Source: Shigella phage Henu12. Taken from it: a DNA stretch of 64,000 bases. Shown piece by piece: positions 7,168 through 16,108 of the stretch. The stretch's first letter is position 1, and each line of letters opens with the position of its first letter. Position numbers and translations under genes: made by a program. Below the pieces are notes generated by a model. That model made no database searches and was not told the origin of the DNA. It worked only from the letters and a program-made list of their open reading frames with translations. The DNA is taken from the sequence record OQ834936; one strand, 5' to 3'.

Positions 7168-9540
7168 TTAATCCCAGCATACAGTATCTTCTGGAATGCT
7201 CTTAGTGTCAAAACCTAAAAACTTACCAACTTCGACGGGTGATACTTTATTCCAATCCAGATTAGAAAGCAAGAAGTTTTCTTTACGGCGTTTCTCAAAG
7301 TAATCTTTGAACTTACTTTCAAGACGCTTCTTAGCGTTATCCAGAACCTTTCTTGGCTTACAAGAGCCTCTCATATTCCTGCGAATGGTATCAAGAGTGC
7401 TGGTAATATCTTTGTAAGCAACTGGTGCAGCAGTGTATGCCAAGCGTCCAAACATTGCTTCTATAGCCTCTTCATTCCCCTCTAAGAAAATAGTCTTCTT
7501 AAAGTCTTTACTGTAAATGTGGCCTCTGGACTTACGCTTATCAGCAAACATAAAGTTTCGAGAAATCACATTACAATCAGTAATATCATGATTATTAGTC
7601 ATATATTGGTGAGTCAAGAAACGATGATACTCAATCCAATGTGTAGCATCAATGAAATCTTTCATCACTTGTTCATTGACTTCTGTCCAGTCTTCAGGAA
7701 TCTTTTTCCAGTTGGCTTTACGGAAGACATAAACTGACTGTCCAGTTAACTCTGTCATCAACGTTGCAGCACGTTCTGGTGAACATGAGAAGATTCCACC
7801 AATCACTTCATCACTCTGTGCTTTGATATACAGTTGTGGTTCTTCAATCTCATCAAAGTTCTCTTTAACCTCTGTATAACGAATCATGTAAGTATTTGGA
7901 CATATAAATGCTTTATACAGTTTTACAACACCACGTACAATAGTACGTTTTTCATAGTGGTGCTCTTTAGATGACATTGTATGCACACTTAACAGACTCT
8001 TGTCAAGCATATGCAAAGCTACAAACTCATCAAATTGCTGCTGACTGCTGAACAAGAAAGCAATACCATTGTAGCGACGGAAGTTAGAGTCTTCCTGTTC
8101 ACGGTCACGGCAAGCTCCACGGATAATCTGGTTTTTACCAGTTGTCTTCTCAGACCCGTTCTTGTTTCGACGGTCATTAATAAGGAACAAATAGTTGCTC
8201 AACTTGTCTTTACTCATTGCACCAAAGATACTAAACATTGCTGCATCTTGTGAATAAGTTGCTGAAGTTGCTCGAATACGGTTCTCCAGACTGCTGTACT
8301 TGTAGTATGCTACAGGTTCATACAGATTACCAATATTAGGAACTGGATTACCATCTTTGTCAAGCCTCAAGTTACCTGCATCATCTTTCAAGAATGACGG
8401 AGAACCATCTGCTTCAGTTAACTGACCACGACGGATACCTAACAGTTTTTGTTCAAGCTTTTTCAAGTTCTGGCCTTGCCATTCCAGAGAATCTTGGACG
8501 TGAATAAAGATTTCACGAGCCTCCTTCCTCATGGTATCATAGGCTTGAGCAGCATCAATCAGAGTTGGCTTGTTAGCAATCTCTTTTACCACATCTTCTA
8601 CGATTGTCTTAGTGATTTTCTTCACAGCTTCAACAATCTTGGTCTTAGTGGTCTCATTCATCTGCAATGCTTCACGAGATGCAGCAATAGCCACTGAACC
8701 AATTGGCATGTAGATGTTAACAAGGTCTACAGCACTACGGAAGAACTGAGGCAGAATGTTTGTAAACTCTGAGCCAAGCAACTCACCCATTTCAACCGGA
8801 TAAGCAATGTTACCCATGATTACATTGAAATGGACGCTGTTACTATTTGAGCGCCAGTTCTCTTTGTACTTCATTGCATCATAGACACCATCTTCACGAG
8901 AAATGGAAGTCATTGCTTCAAGAATGTCATAGTACTCAACATTACACTCTGGCTTAACTTTAAAGTACGAGTATACATTGCTCGCTTCTTCATGAAACTT
9001 GTTGATACGGTTATCGGATACCGCTACTCGAACAGCTAAACCATTTGGCTCTGTAGTTGGGTTAGTAGTCAACTTAGTTACTTGAGGGATACCATTCTCA
9101 AGGTAAACTGAGTATTTGTTAACTACACCATCAACATAGCTTGATACAGTGAATGACTGAGCAATTGCAAATGGGGACTTTGAACCGATACCCATAGCAC
9201 CAATGTAGTCGTTTGAATCGTTCTTTGTAGATTCTCCATAGGTCATGTAAAGTTTCATAACTTTATCATGAGTCAGTCCTGTACCAAAGTCACGAACTTC
9301 AAAGAATGGCTCGAAACGAGTTGGTAAGTGAACCAAGAAAGGTTTATCAACGTTACCAGAATCAATGTGAGCATCTACTGCGTTACATGACAATTCACGA
9401 ATTACAGCACGTTCTTTATATGTGTAAACACCTGAGCTTAGAAGACTGAACATTTCAGGTGTCATCTTAATCTGAGCCTGAGAGGTTTCCAGTGTACTTG
9501 AGCTTTTAATTACCGTTGCGTGGTCATTTACCATGCGCAT
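7168..9540 (-). CDS. rIIA: rIIA-like protein (GHKL ATPase-like N-terminus)
   Basis: N-terminus PEMFSLLSS...AVIRELSCNAVDAH...RDFGTGL...IGAMGIGSKSPF matches the T4 rIIA pattern as I recall it. Confidence 0.85.
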   Translation of the reverse strand: MRMVNDHATVIKSSSTLETSQAQIKMTPEMFSLLSSGVYTYKERAVIRELSCNAVDAHIDSGNVDKPFLVHLPTRFEPFFEVRDFGTGLTHDKVMKLYMTYGESTKNDSNDYIGAMGIGSKSPFAIAQSFTVSSYVDGVVNKYSVYLENGIPQVTKLTTNPTTEPNGLAVRVAVSDNRINKFHEEASNVYSYFKVKPECNVEYYDILEAMTSISREDGVYDAMKYKENWRSNSNSVHFNVIMGNIAYPVEMGELLGSEFTNILPQFFRSAVDLVNIYMPIGSVAIAASREALQMNETTKTKIVEAVKKITKTIVEDVVKEIANKPTLIDAAQAYDTMRKEAREIFIHVQDSLEWQGQNLKKLEQKLLGIRRGQLTEADGSPSFLKDDAGNLRLDKDGNPVPNIGNLYEPVAYYKYSSLENRIRATSATYSQDAAMFSIFGAMSKDKLSNYLFLINDRRNKNGSEKTTGKNQIIRGACRDREQEDSNFRRYNGIAFLFSSQQQFDEFVALHMLDKSLLSVHTMSSKEHHYEKRTIVRGVVKLYKAFICPNTYMIRYTEVKENFDEIEEPQLYIKAQSDEVIGGIFSCSPERAATLMTELTGQSVYVFRKANWKKIPEDWTEVNEQVMKDFIDATHWIEYHRFLTHQYMTNNHDITDCNVISRNFMFADKRKSRGHIYSKDFKKTIFLEGNEEAIEAMFGRLAYTAAPVAYKDITSTLDTIRRNMRGSCKPRKVLDNAKKRLESKFKDYFEKRRKENFLLSNLDWNKVSPVEVGKFLGFDTKSIPEDTVCWD

Positions 9541-9573
9541 AAGAATATCTCCTTAGTTGTCGATGTGGCAAAC

Positions 9574-9601
9574 TATATAATTTTATAGATGCCACTGTCA
9601 A
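9574..9601 (-). promoter_or_regulatory. sigma70-like promoter TTGACA-N16-TATATA for rIIA
   Basis: -35 at 9601-9596, -10 at 9579-9574, then AGGAGA RBS and the rIIA ATG at 9540. Confidence 0.55.
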
Positions 9602-9602
9602 G

Positions 9603-9782
9603 TTACTTTTTAAATTTCTTTCCAGTTCCATTACAGTAAGGGCAACAATGACCTATACCAACTACCCCAGAACCTTCACACTCATCACAAGGTTCAGTCT
9701 CTGAGAAGTACTTGCATAGTAACATTGCAATAGCAACTATACAACCGAGTGAAAGAACAATTTCTAACCAATAACCTTGCAT
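9603..9782 (-). CDS. small membrane-anchored protein with two CxxCxGxG (DnaJ-type) zinc-finger motifs (59 aa)
   Basis: Hand translation MQGYWLEIVLSLGCIVAIAMLLCKYFSETEPCDECEGSGVVGIGHCCPYCNGTGKKFKK; AGGAGA RBS 6 nt before the ATG; just under the track cutoff. Confidence 0.45.
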   Translation of the reverse strand: MQGYWLEIVLSLGCIVAIAMLLCKYFSETEPCDECEGSGVVGIGHCCPYCNGTGKKFKK

Positions 9783-10111
9783 ACCTTATCTCCTATAGTT
9801 CTGAATAGGACAAAACTTCTGTCATGAACAATACTCGAAGATACTGCAAAACTATTCTCAAGTATCTTTTTGTTTGGATTGTAAAATTCTTCTTGAAACA
9901 AATCAAGAGCTTCTTGATGGTTCTGTGGAAGACCTTTGATATAGACCTTCAAAGTAACCGTTGTATAAATCTCAGAAGCTAACTCTGATTGTGCTGCTTG
10001 AAACAGTTCATTGATAAACTTATGACCATCTTCAGGACGCTTAATGTTTTCCCAACGTTCTTCAATGATTAAATTAACATTCATCTGTTTAATTTTCATA
10101 GTAATCTCCAC
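9764..10111 (-). CDS. hypothetical protein (115 aa)
   Basis: ORF track; GGAG RBS after the upstream terminator. Confidence 0.5.
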   Translation of the reverse strand: MEITMKIKQMNVNLIIEERWENIKRPEDGHKFINELFQAAQSELASEIYTTVTLKVYIKGLPQNHQEALDLFQEEFYNPNKKILENSFAVSSSIVHDRSFVLFRTIGDKVCKVIG

Positions 10112-10113
10112 AA

Positions 10114-10140
10114 ATTAAAAAGGCTCCCGTAGGAGCCTCT
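10114..10140 (-). terminator. intrinsic terminator GGCUCC-UACG-GGAGCC plus U5
   Basis: Hairpin and U-tract downstream of the Nampt-like gene. Confidence 0.7.
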
Positions 10141-10152
10141 TATCATACTGTT

Positions 10153-11979
10153 TTAAAGTTGCTTGTCAATAGTATTTCGAACATCACGCAGGTTAACGTA
10201 ACCATAAGGTTGCGAGTTACTAAATACCAGTTTCAAAGCACTATGACAGTTGTCAATTGCACCTTCAAACTCTGCAAAGCCAAAACCATCTACAGCTACC
10301 AGCTTGTCACCATCCCACATAGGGACAACTCCACCAAAAGCAGACTTCTTAAGACCGCTGTCAGTTTTAGGGTCTTTAGCCAGCATAATTTCTTGACCAT
10401 CCATCTGTGCAAGAGTTGCTTTAACAGCAAATGCAAAGGTGTCACGAGTCAGGTACTGATAGGTGTATGAGCCTACACCAAACACTACGTTAGAACTTGC
10501 AAAACCTTTATCAGCAAGACGTGACAGAATCTCATTAGCCCTTTCCAGAGTGATAGAATCACCGTAGATTAGCCCAATGTGCTCATCCAGTACTTTGTAC
10601 CCTTTGGAGTTAACAGTGCCACCAAAGATGTTATACAGCGTGTGTATAGCTCCATCAATTTCTGCTGTTAACATACGCTTCACAGTAAACTGTCCAGTTT
10701 TCTGAGCGGTAATCAGGTTGATTGTGTCAATATAATCAAAATCTTCATTTTCAACAACCATCTCATAACCTTCAGAGATTAACCAAGCAGAGAACCCAAA
10801 ACCAATATCAGACATTTCACAATTCAAGATTGTGTCATGCAGATGGGTATTATCTGGTGCAAGACCTTTCATGTGCTTGTAGAACATTGACTTAGCAGTT
10901 TCCCATTCAACGGCTTTGTAACCTGTAACAATGTGAACAGGGTCTCCAGAGTCTGGACGAATTACCAACTTACCATCACGATTCAGAATTACATTACGTA
11001 GCTCTGGCAGAATCTGTGTAACAGTACGCCAGAAGTTGTAAGTATCTGATACGGCACTTGCAATACCAGTTGGGTAAACTTCTGTCAGAAGGCGATGGAA
11101 AGTTTCTACCTCACCACGCCAACGTTTGGCATCTAGTAATCCTTCAGACTGCATAATGTACTGTGAGTGAATATCCTCTTCTGTCAGGTCTTTCATATTC
11201 CATGAAATGTTTGCACACATCACAGAGTGTTCAGTTGCTGGTACAGAGTTGCCAATATCACTGATTGTCATAAACTGACCATAAGCACGTTTAGCAGTAT
11301 ACACAGCAGGGAAGCTGTCAGTACCTTTAAAGCTGGTCAAGTGACCTACAGCATTAAAAGCATCATCTGTGAAGCCAGACATACCACGCATTGCAAAATC
11401 ATGACACTGCCAAGGTAAATGGAAGTCATTGTCACAGGTCTTGTCAGCCCATTGTTTACAGATACGTTTGTAATGCAGTGCAATAGTTGCAATCGTACAA
11501 GCCTTCCAGATTTCAGCAGAGAAAGCATCTTCAAGGTAACCAGCTACCCAATGGAATCCCTCTACAGTGTTTTTAAAGACAATCATCGGGACACGCATAG
11601 GGACAATTGTACCTTCCTCTACAGAGTAGACTTCAACAGGTAGGTAACCCAAGTCATGAAGTTCTTCCCAATGTTGACGACCAATAGCATCTGCACCAAG
11701 GACACCATTCATGATTTCCAAGATTTCGTCAATGGCTTCTTTCTTATCACGTTCAAAGAACGTTGCATTCCAGTGGTCTACCAGATAGTCTTTTACAAAA
11801 CGCTGAATACCAAAGGCTACAACACCATCAATCTCTAACGGAGAGTTAAACCATTTATCTCCACGAGGTGTTAAGTTCAGCATAAGATACTGTGTAGCAT
11901 CTGGATACTGGTAGAAATGGCCAGATTTGTAGGCATCTGCATTAAGTGCTGCTGGTACTGCATAAAGTGATTTAGTCAT
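10153..11979 (-). CDS. nadV: nicotinamide phosphoribosyltransferase (Nampt/NadV)-like protein
   Basis: 608-aa protein with Nampt-family character (by my recognition of the translation); adjacent to the Prs-like gene. Confidence 0.8.
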   Translation of the reverse strand: MTKSLYAVPAALNADAYKSGHFYQYPDATQYLMLNLTPRGDKWFNSPLEIDGVVAFGIQRFVKDYLVDHWNATFFERDKKEAIDEILEIMNGVLGADAIGRQHWEELHDLGYLPVEVYSVEEGTIVPMRVPMIVFKNTVEGFHWVAGYLEDAFSAEIWKACTIATIALHYKRICKQWADKTCDNDFHLPWQCHDFAMRGMSGFTDDAFNAVGHLTSFKGTDSFPAVYTAKRAYGQFMTISDIGNSVPATEHSVMCANISWNMKDLTEEDIHSQYIMQSEGLLDAKRWRGEVETFHRLLTEVYPTGIASAVSDTYNFWRTVTQILPELRNVILNRDGKLVIRPDSGDPVHIVTGYKAVEWETAKSMFYKHMKGLAPDNTHLHDTILNCEMSDIGFGFSAWLISEGYEMVVENEDFDYIDTINLITAQKTGQFTVKRMLTAEIDGAIHTLYNIFGGTVNSKGYKVLDEHIGLIYGDSITLERANEILSRLADKGFASSNVVFGVGSYTYQYLTRDTFAFAVKATLAQMDGQEIMLAKDPKTDSGLKKSAFGGVVPMWDGDKLVAVDGFGFAEFEGAIDNCHSALKLVFSNSQPYGYVNLRDVRNTIDKQL

Positions 11980-11999
11980 CTTTTTATCTCTCTCAAAGT

Positions 12000-12015
12000 G
12001 GGGCTTTTCAGCCCC
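12000..12015 (-). other. conserved stem-loop GGGGCU-GAAA-AGCCCC between Prs-like and Nampt-like genes
   Basis: Perfect 6-bp stem with GNRA-type loop; same 16-mer at 7138-7153 and a variant at 45251-45266. Confidence 0.55.
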
Positions 12016-12023
12016 TAAAGTTG

Positions 12024-12923
12024 TTATTCAATATTTGCTACGGTCACTTGTGAGAAGTGGGAAAGACCACGGTCTTTTTCATCCCCTAGTGAGTTTGTAG
12101 TGTAGATATGGTCGATACCATTGTCAAGGAGATTTTCAACACCTTTAGAGAAAATCCCATGAGTGACATACAGTTCCACACGTTCTGCTCCAGCTTCACG
12201 AAGATACTTTGCAGCCTCGATAAAGGTTCGACCACCGTCACAGATATCATCCAGAATCATGACAGTCTTACCTGTCAAGTCTACATCATCAAGGATTCGC
12301 ATACCAGTGATTTCACCAGTTTTCAGGTTTCGTACCTTAGCCATTGTAATATAAGGTTTATCAACCTCTTTAGCAGCCTCTTCAGTCTTCTTAGCTGCAC
12401 CTGCATCTGGAGCCACTAAGTAATCAATGCGTGGGTCACTTGCAAAGTGGACTGCTGCCTCTTTTTGAGGGAGGTTGTAGAAGCTCTTAAACAAATTCTC
12501 TGCAACATTACTGTGAGTATCCAGAGCACATACTGCATCGAACTCCATAGCATTTACAAGATTTGCAAAGACTTTAAGTGCTGCTGCATCACCTTTAAAC
12601 ATGTGACGGTCATAGCGAGCATTTGGTAAGAATCCAAAGACAACAGTTTTCAGAGTTGCTTTCTGAGGAATCAAACGGTCAATTGCTTCTTTAGCCATAG
12701 CTAATGCAAAGAGTGTGTCTTTGTCATAACCTTGTACTGTGAAGACTACGTTTTCAATCTTACCAGCAGCATGTTCAGCAAAGTCTACTAAGTCTTCTGA
12801 GAAGTTACCACCAATCTCCCCAGAAGGGAACTGGATAATGTTGAAGGTCTCTTGATGAGAACCTTTGGAATTTGAATTAAGTAGAACTCGAATAGTAGTT
12901 TTCATAATATTTCTCTCAGTCAA
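12024..12923 (-). CDS. ribose-phosphate pyrophosphokinase (Prs)-like protein
   Basis: PRPP-binding loop VMILDDICDGGRT; 299 aa. Confidence 0.8.
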   Translation of the reverse strand: MTERNIMKTTIRVLLNSNSKGSHQETFNIIQFPSGEIGGNFSEDLVDFAEHAAGKIENVVFTVQGYDKDTLFALAMAKEAIDRLIPQKATLKTVVFGFLPNARYDRHMFKGDAAALKVFANLVNAMEFDAVCALDTHSNVAENLFKSFYNLPQKEAAVHFASDPRIDYLVAPDAGAAKKTEEAAKEVDKPYITMAKVRNLKTGEITGMRILDDVDLTGKTVMILDDICDGGRTFIEAAKYLREAGAERVELYVTHGIFSKGVENLLDNGIDHIYTTNSLGDEKDRGLSHFSQVTVANIE

Positions 12924-13221
12924 AAGTTACAAATGTTACAGCCATAGCTGATTTACATTTCTTTGGGTCTACAATGTGGTAGATAACTGAACAGTTTCCT
13001 GTTCCGTCTGGTACTGGTTTTGTCCAAGTACGTTCAATATTTGGCTCTCCAAACTCTTTATAGAATCCGTTGGAATAGTGGTTTACCATCTCAATAGCAA
13101 GTGCATCTGGAACGTGACCACGTATCATATACATCTCACAACCATTTCCACCATCACTCACTAGTGGTATAATATCCCATTGTTCTCTAGCCATGATAAG
13201 TTGCCTCATAAACTGTCTCAA
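12916..13221 (-). CDS. hypothetical protein (101 aa)
   Basis: ORF track. Confidence 0.45.
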   Translation of the reverse strand: MRQFMRQLIMAREQWDIIPLVSDGGNGCEMYMIRGHVPDALAIEMVNHYSNGFYKEFGEPNIERTWTKPVPDGTGNCSVIYHIVDPKKCKSAMAVTFVTFD

Positions 13222-13702
13222 GCTTCAACAAGAGAGATATTGCCAGAAATGCGTATTCCCTGTCAAGCATTGGTGGCATATTATTTATAAGATATGCTTC
13301 CTGTTCTTCCCAAGTCATCTTAGGAGCTTCTGGAAGCTTCTCTCCCTGCTTCTGGTTATCTTCTTGAGTCTGGATAAACCAGTTCGAGCAATGGTGCTCT
13401 CCACCTTTTGTCACGGGCTTATGGTGGCCTAATGTGAAAGCTTTCTTTCCAGAATATCTACAAAGCTTATTAAGAGTTGCAATAGTGTTCTTGACAACAC
13501 AGTATTCATAGAGGTTGTCAATAGTATAGTGAGGGTAGTACTGGAACAAGGCACTATCACGAAACTTACCACGGTTCCAAAGTACCATGTGGTTAGAATT
13601 TGAAGGGTCATACTGATGTGAATCGATGAACTCTTGACGCTCATCAAAATCAAGACGAAGAACAGACATTGCAGCAGCACGTTTCAGATTTGAATGGTAC
13701 AT
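13187..13702 (-). CDS. HNH endonuclease-like protein
   Basis: Motif GHHKPVTKGGEHHCSNW (His-His...Asn...His). Confidence 0.55.
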   Translation of the reverse strand: MYHSNLKRAAAMSVLRLDFDERQEFIDSHQYDPSNSNHMVLWNRGKFRDSALFQYYPHYTIDNLYEYCVVKNTIATLNKLCRYSGKKAFTLGHHKPVTKGGEHHCSNWFIQTQEDNQKQGEKLPEAPKMTWEEQEAYLINNMPPMLDREYAFLAISLLLKLETVYEATYHG

Positions 13703-13711
13703 GATTTCTCC

Positions 13712-13742
13712 AAAATAAAAAGGGAACCTTTTACAGTTCCCT
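13712..13742 (-). terminator. intrinsic terminator AGGGAAC-loop-GUUCCCU plus U-tract
   Basis: Hairpin followed by UUUUUAUUUU on minus RNA, then GGAG RBS of the HNH gene. Confidence 0.6.
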
Positions 13743-13754
13743 AATCATATACGT

Positions 13755-14066
13755 TTACTGAGCTATTTTCAAGACTTTTAAGAAACCTTCCTCACCAATT
13801 GCATCATAAACGTTTTCAGTTGGCTTGATAAGGTTATTCAAGCATACAATTTTCTTACGCTTCTTGTCATAAGTAAGCTTCAGTTGTTTCAACTCTTTGT
13901 CATCTTCAGGGTGCTCATTGTACATCTTCACAGCTTCTTTAAAGCTAATGTAGCCACCACCTAGAGTAAGGAAACCTGTACCACAATAGTGGGAGTTGTG
14001 TTTATCAGCCATAAACTGGCACAGGATAGAAATCTGAATTTTACGAGTGTTATAAACCTTTTCCAT
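13755..14066 (-). CDS. hypothetical protein (103 aa)
   Basis: ORF track. Confidence 0.5.
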   Translation of the reverse strand: MEKVYNTRKIQISILCQFMADKHNSHYCGTGFLTLGGGYISFKEAVKMYNEHPEDDKELKQLKLTYDKKRKKIVCLNNLIKPTENVYDAIGEEGFLKVLKIAQ

Positions 14067-14077
14067 TTTAATAATCC

Positions 14078-14335
14078 TTACTTGCTACGTTTACGGTTGC
14101 GAGCTTTTTTAGCTGCACGTTTAATTGCTGCTGCACCAGTTTGGCGATGAGCTTGCTTCTTACCACCTTTACCACGTCCAACATGGATGTAAGGTTGCTG
14201 TTCAATCTGGCTTGCAAGAACCTGTGCAACTGCTGAAGCGTCTACTCCAACCTGCTTACCAGTCATTGAAACGATAGCTGCTGCTTTTGCCAGAGCTGCT
14301 AAGAAACCTGCTTTCATGTTTGAAAAAATTCCCAT
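14078..14335 (-). CDS. hypothetical protein with basic C-terminus (85 aa)
   Basis: ORF track; Lys/Arg-rich tail. Confidence 0.5.
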   Translation of the reverse strand: MGIFSNMKAGFLAALAKAAAIVSMTGKQVGVDASAVAQVLASQIEQQPYIHVGRGKGGKKQAHRQTGAAAIKRAAKKARNRKRSK

Positions 14336-14350
14336 TTTAATATCTCTCTG

Positions 14351-14671
14351 TTAAAGTTTAATACAGAACTGCTTCAGTTCTTCTTCTGTTACTGCGACAA
14401 CTTTATCATCAACTCTCAAGTTTGTCGCGTAAAAGTTTGAGAAATGTGCTTTGTATTTTACTTTAAATACTCCGGCGTCCTCAATCTGCTTCAAGGCTGT
14501 CATTCCAGTGGAATCAAATAGGCTTTTTGTGTAGTTTCTCCACTCTTCAAGAGTTTCTGGATTGACTTTATAGCTACCAAACAGTGACATGTTACAAGCT
14601 ACCATAACAATCTCACCACGTTTGAATCCACCATTACTCTGTACGCCATTGACAGTCGCCTTGCCAGCCAT
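14351..14671 (-). CDS. hypothetical protein (about 106 aa)
   Basis: Start set at internal Met (MAGKATV) preceded by GGAGAAAAG RBS; track ORF extends to 14752 over nrdG. Confidence 0.45.
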   Translation of the reverse strand: MAGKATVNGVQSNGGFKRGEIVMVACNMSLFGSYKVNPETLEEWRNYTKSLFDSTGMTALKQIEDAGVFKVKYKAHFSNFYATNLRVDDKVVAVTEEELKQFCIKL

Positions 14672-15125
14672 ATTCTTTTCTCCACAAGTTTTGGTTATCT
14701 GAACCACGATATGGTTTGTTCGTTGGTTTAGAAGCATCATACTTACCATCAATCACTACGTCAACATATTTCATCACTTCTTTGTTAATTTTTTCATGAA
14801 GCTGAAATCCTGTCCACAGCCAGATAGTCTTGTCTGGATAGATAGACTTAACCTTCTGACAAATCTTGGTGACTTCCTCAATATTACGGTCATCAAGTGG
14901 TTCTCCACCAAGAATTGACAGACCACTTATAGAGTCATCTTCCAAGAGTCTTATAATGCCATAAAGGTTTGCATAAGTAAACTCTTTACCAGCATTAAAC
15001 TTCCAAGATTCCTTGTTAAAACAACCTTCACAGTGATGTTTGCAGCCAGCTACAAAAAGACTGACACGAGCACCTTCACCGTTCGCTGTATCGAATTTTC
15101 GTATTTCCATGTAGTTCATTAGCAC
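14634..15125 (-). CDS. nrdG: anaerobic ribonucleotide reductase activating protein (radical SAM)
   Basis: CxxxCxxC cluster (CKHHCEGC), about 160 aa, adjacent to nrdD. Confidence 0.8.
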   Translation of the reverse strand: MLMNYMEIRKFDTANGEGARVSLFVAGCKHHCEGCFNKESWKFNAGKEFTYANLYGIIRLLEDDSISGLSILGGEPLDDRNIEEVTKICQKVKSIYPDKTIWLWTGFQLHEKINKEVMKYVDVVIDGKYDASKPTNKPYRGSDNQNLWRKEYGWQGDCQWRTE

Positions 15126-15511
15126 ACCTCAACTTCAAAACTTACATGTTTTGTGACGTACTCTTCACAATGCTCTTTAATAAATTCCTGAAGCAGTTCA
15201 TCTTCCTGAGCACGAGTCATCAAAGCAACATACTTTGGATTTATTGTTTGCTGAATACTGTAGAAAGACATGTCACCAATTTCTGTACCATATGAATCTG
15301 ACCATGTTCCAGTTACTACTAAGACTTTATCACTCAACTCCGTAGGGAGTTCAATGTCATCATCCTTTGCGTCATCAATAACAGAGTCAGTTATTAAAAG
15401 AGTACATGCTATGTAAAACTCTGAGTATTTTCTGTGAGTTTTCTCACAAGAGCCACACTCTAAAGCATAGTCTTTAAGCCAGTTCATTTGATTTTTATTT
15501 AATTTAGTCAT
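15119..15511 (-). CDS. hypothetical protein (130 aa)
   Basis: ORF track. Confidence 0.5.
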   Translation of the reverse strand: MTKLNKNQMNWLKDYALECGSCEKTHRKYSEFYIACTLLITDSVIDDAKDDDIELPTELSDKVLVVTGTWSDSYGTEIGDMSFYSIQQTINPKYVALMTRAQEDELLQEFIKEHCEEYVTKHVSFEVEVC

Positions 15512-15608
15512 TTCTCTTTCCTTTCAATGTGTTGTATAAAAGCCCTAACAAGAAACCTAGTAAGACAGAGCCTACTAAGGTGACTAACAAGAATGTCTTA
15601 ATCATCAT
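15504..15608 (-). CDS. small hydrophobic single-TM peptide (34 aa, MMIKTFLLVTLVGSVLLGFLLGLLYNTLKGKRND)
   Basis: Hand translation; start overlaps the upstream TGA (TGATG) and stop overlaps the downstream ATG, so it is translationally coupled on both sides. Confidence 0.4.
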   Translation of the reverse strand: MMIKTFLLVTLVGSVLLGFLLGLLYNTLKGKRND

Positions 15609-15865
15609 CAATACCACCATATTGTTTGGTTGTTATCACAAACATACAGGTACTCTGTCCCGATTTGTGGGACGATGATTGTAGTGTTGCCTGATATGAC
15701 TGTCATATAGTATATGTATTCCCTGCTTTGTGATGTTTGCTGACAATTGTTTGCATTCATCCAAATTCTTGTTTGATAAGTGTCATATATTAGTAACCCT
15801 ACTAGTATTGCTAATGCAATTCCAAGGAACCATAACCAGAATTTAGGCCAAAAGTCATAACTCAT
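15608..15865 (-). CDS. hypothetical membrane protein
   Basis: Hydrophobic segment FWLWFLGIALAILVGLLIY; start set at Met10 (track start 15892). Confidence 0.45.
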   Translation of the reverse strand: MSYDFWPKFWLWFLGIALAILVGLLIYDTYQTRIWMNANNCQQTSQSREYIYYMTVISGNTTIIVPQIGTEYLYVCDNNQTIWWY

Positions 15866-16044
15866 ACTGTGACCTCTTGATAAACTTTCCAAACATTCTT
15901 TGTAAACTCTTCATCGTACCAAACACCGTTAGCAGCTTGCCAAGACACAGTGTATTTGTCTTCAGACACATGCTTGAGAACAGCCTCAAAAGTTCGATTA
16001 GATTTTCCTGCAACGAAAAGATAGACCTTACCAATTTCCAGCAT
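15862..16044 (-). CDS. hypothetical protein (60 aa)
   Basis: ORF track; preferred over the overlapping 15855-16058 frame on composition. Confidence 0.4.
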   Translation of the reverse strand: MLEIGKVYLFVAGKSNRTFEAVLKHVSEDKYTVSWQAANGVWYDEEFTKNVWKVYQEVTV

Positions 16045-16108
16045 TGTGGTATCTTCAATAAAAAAGGTGATGCAAGCCTATCAAGACCTACACCACCTTG
16101 TCAACTAC

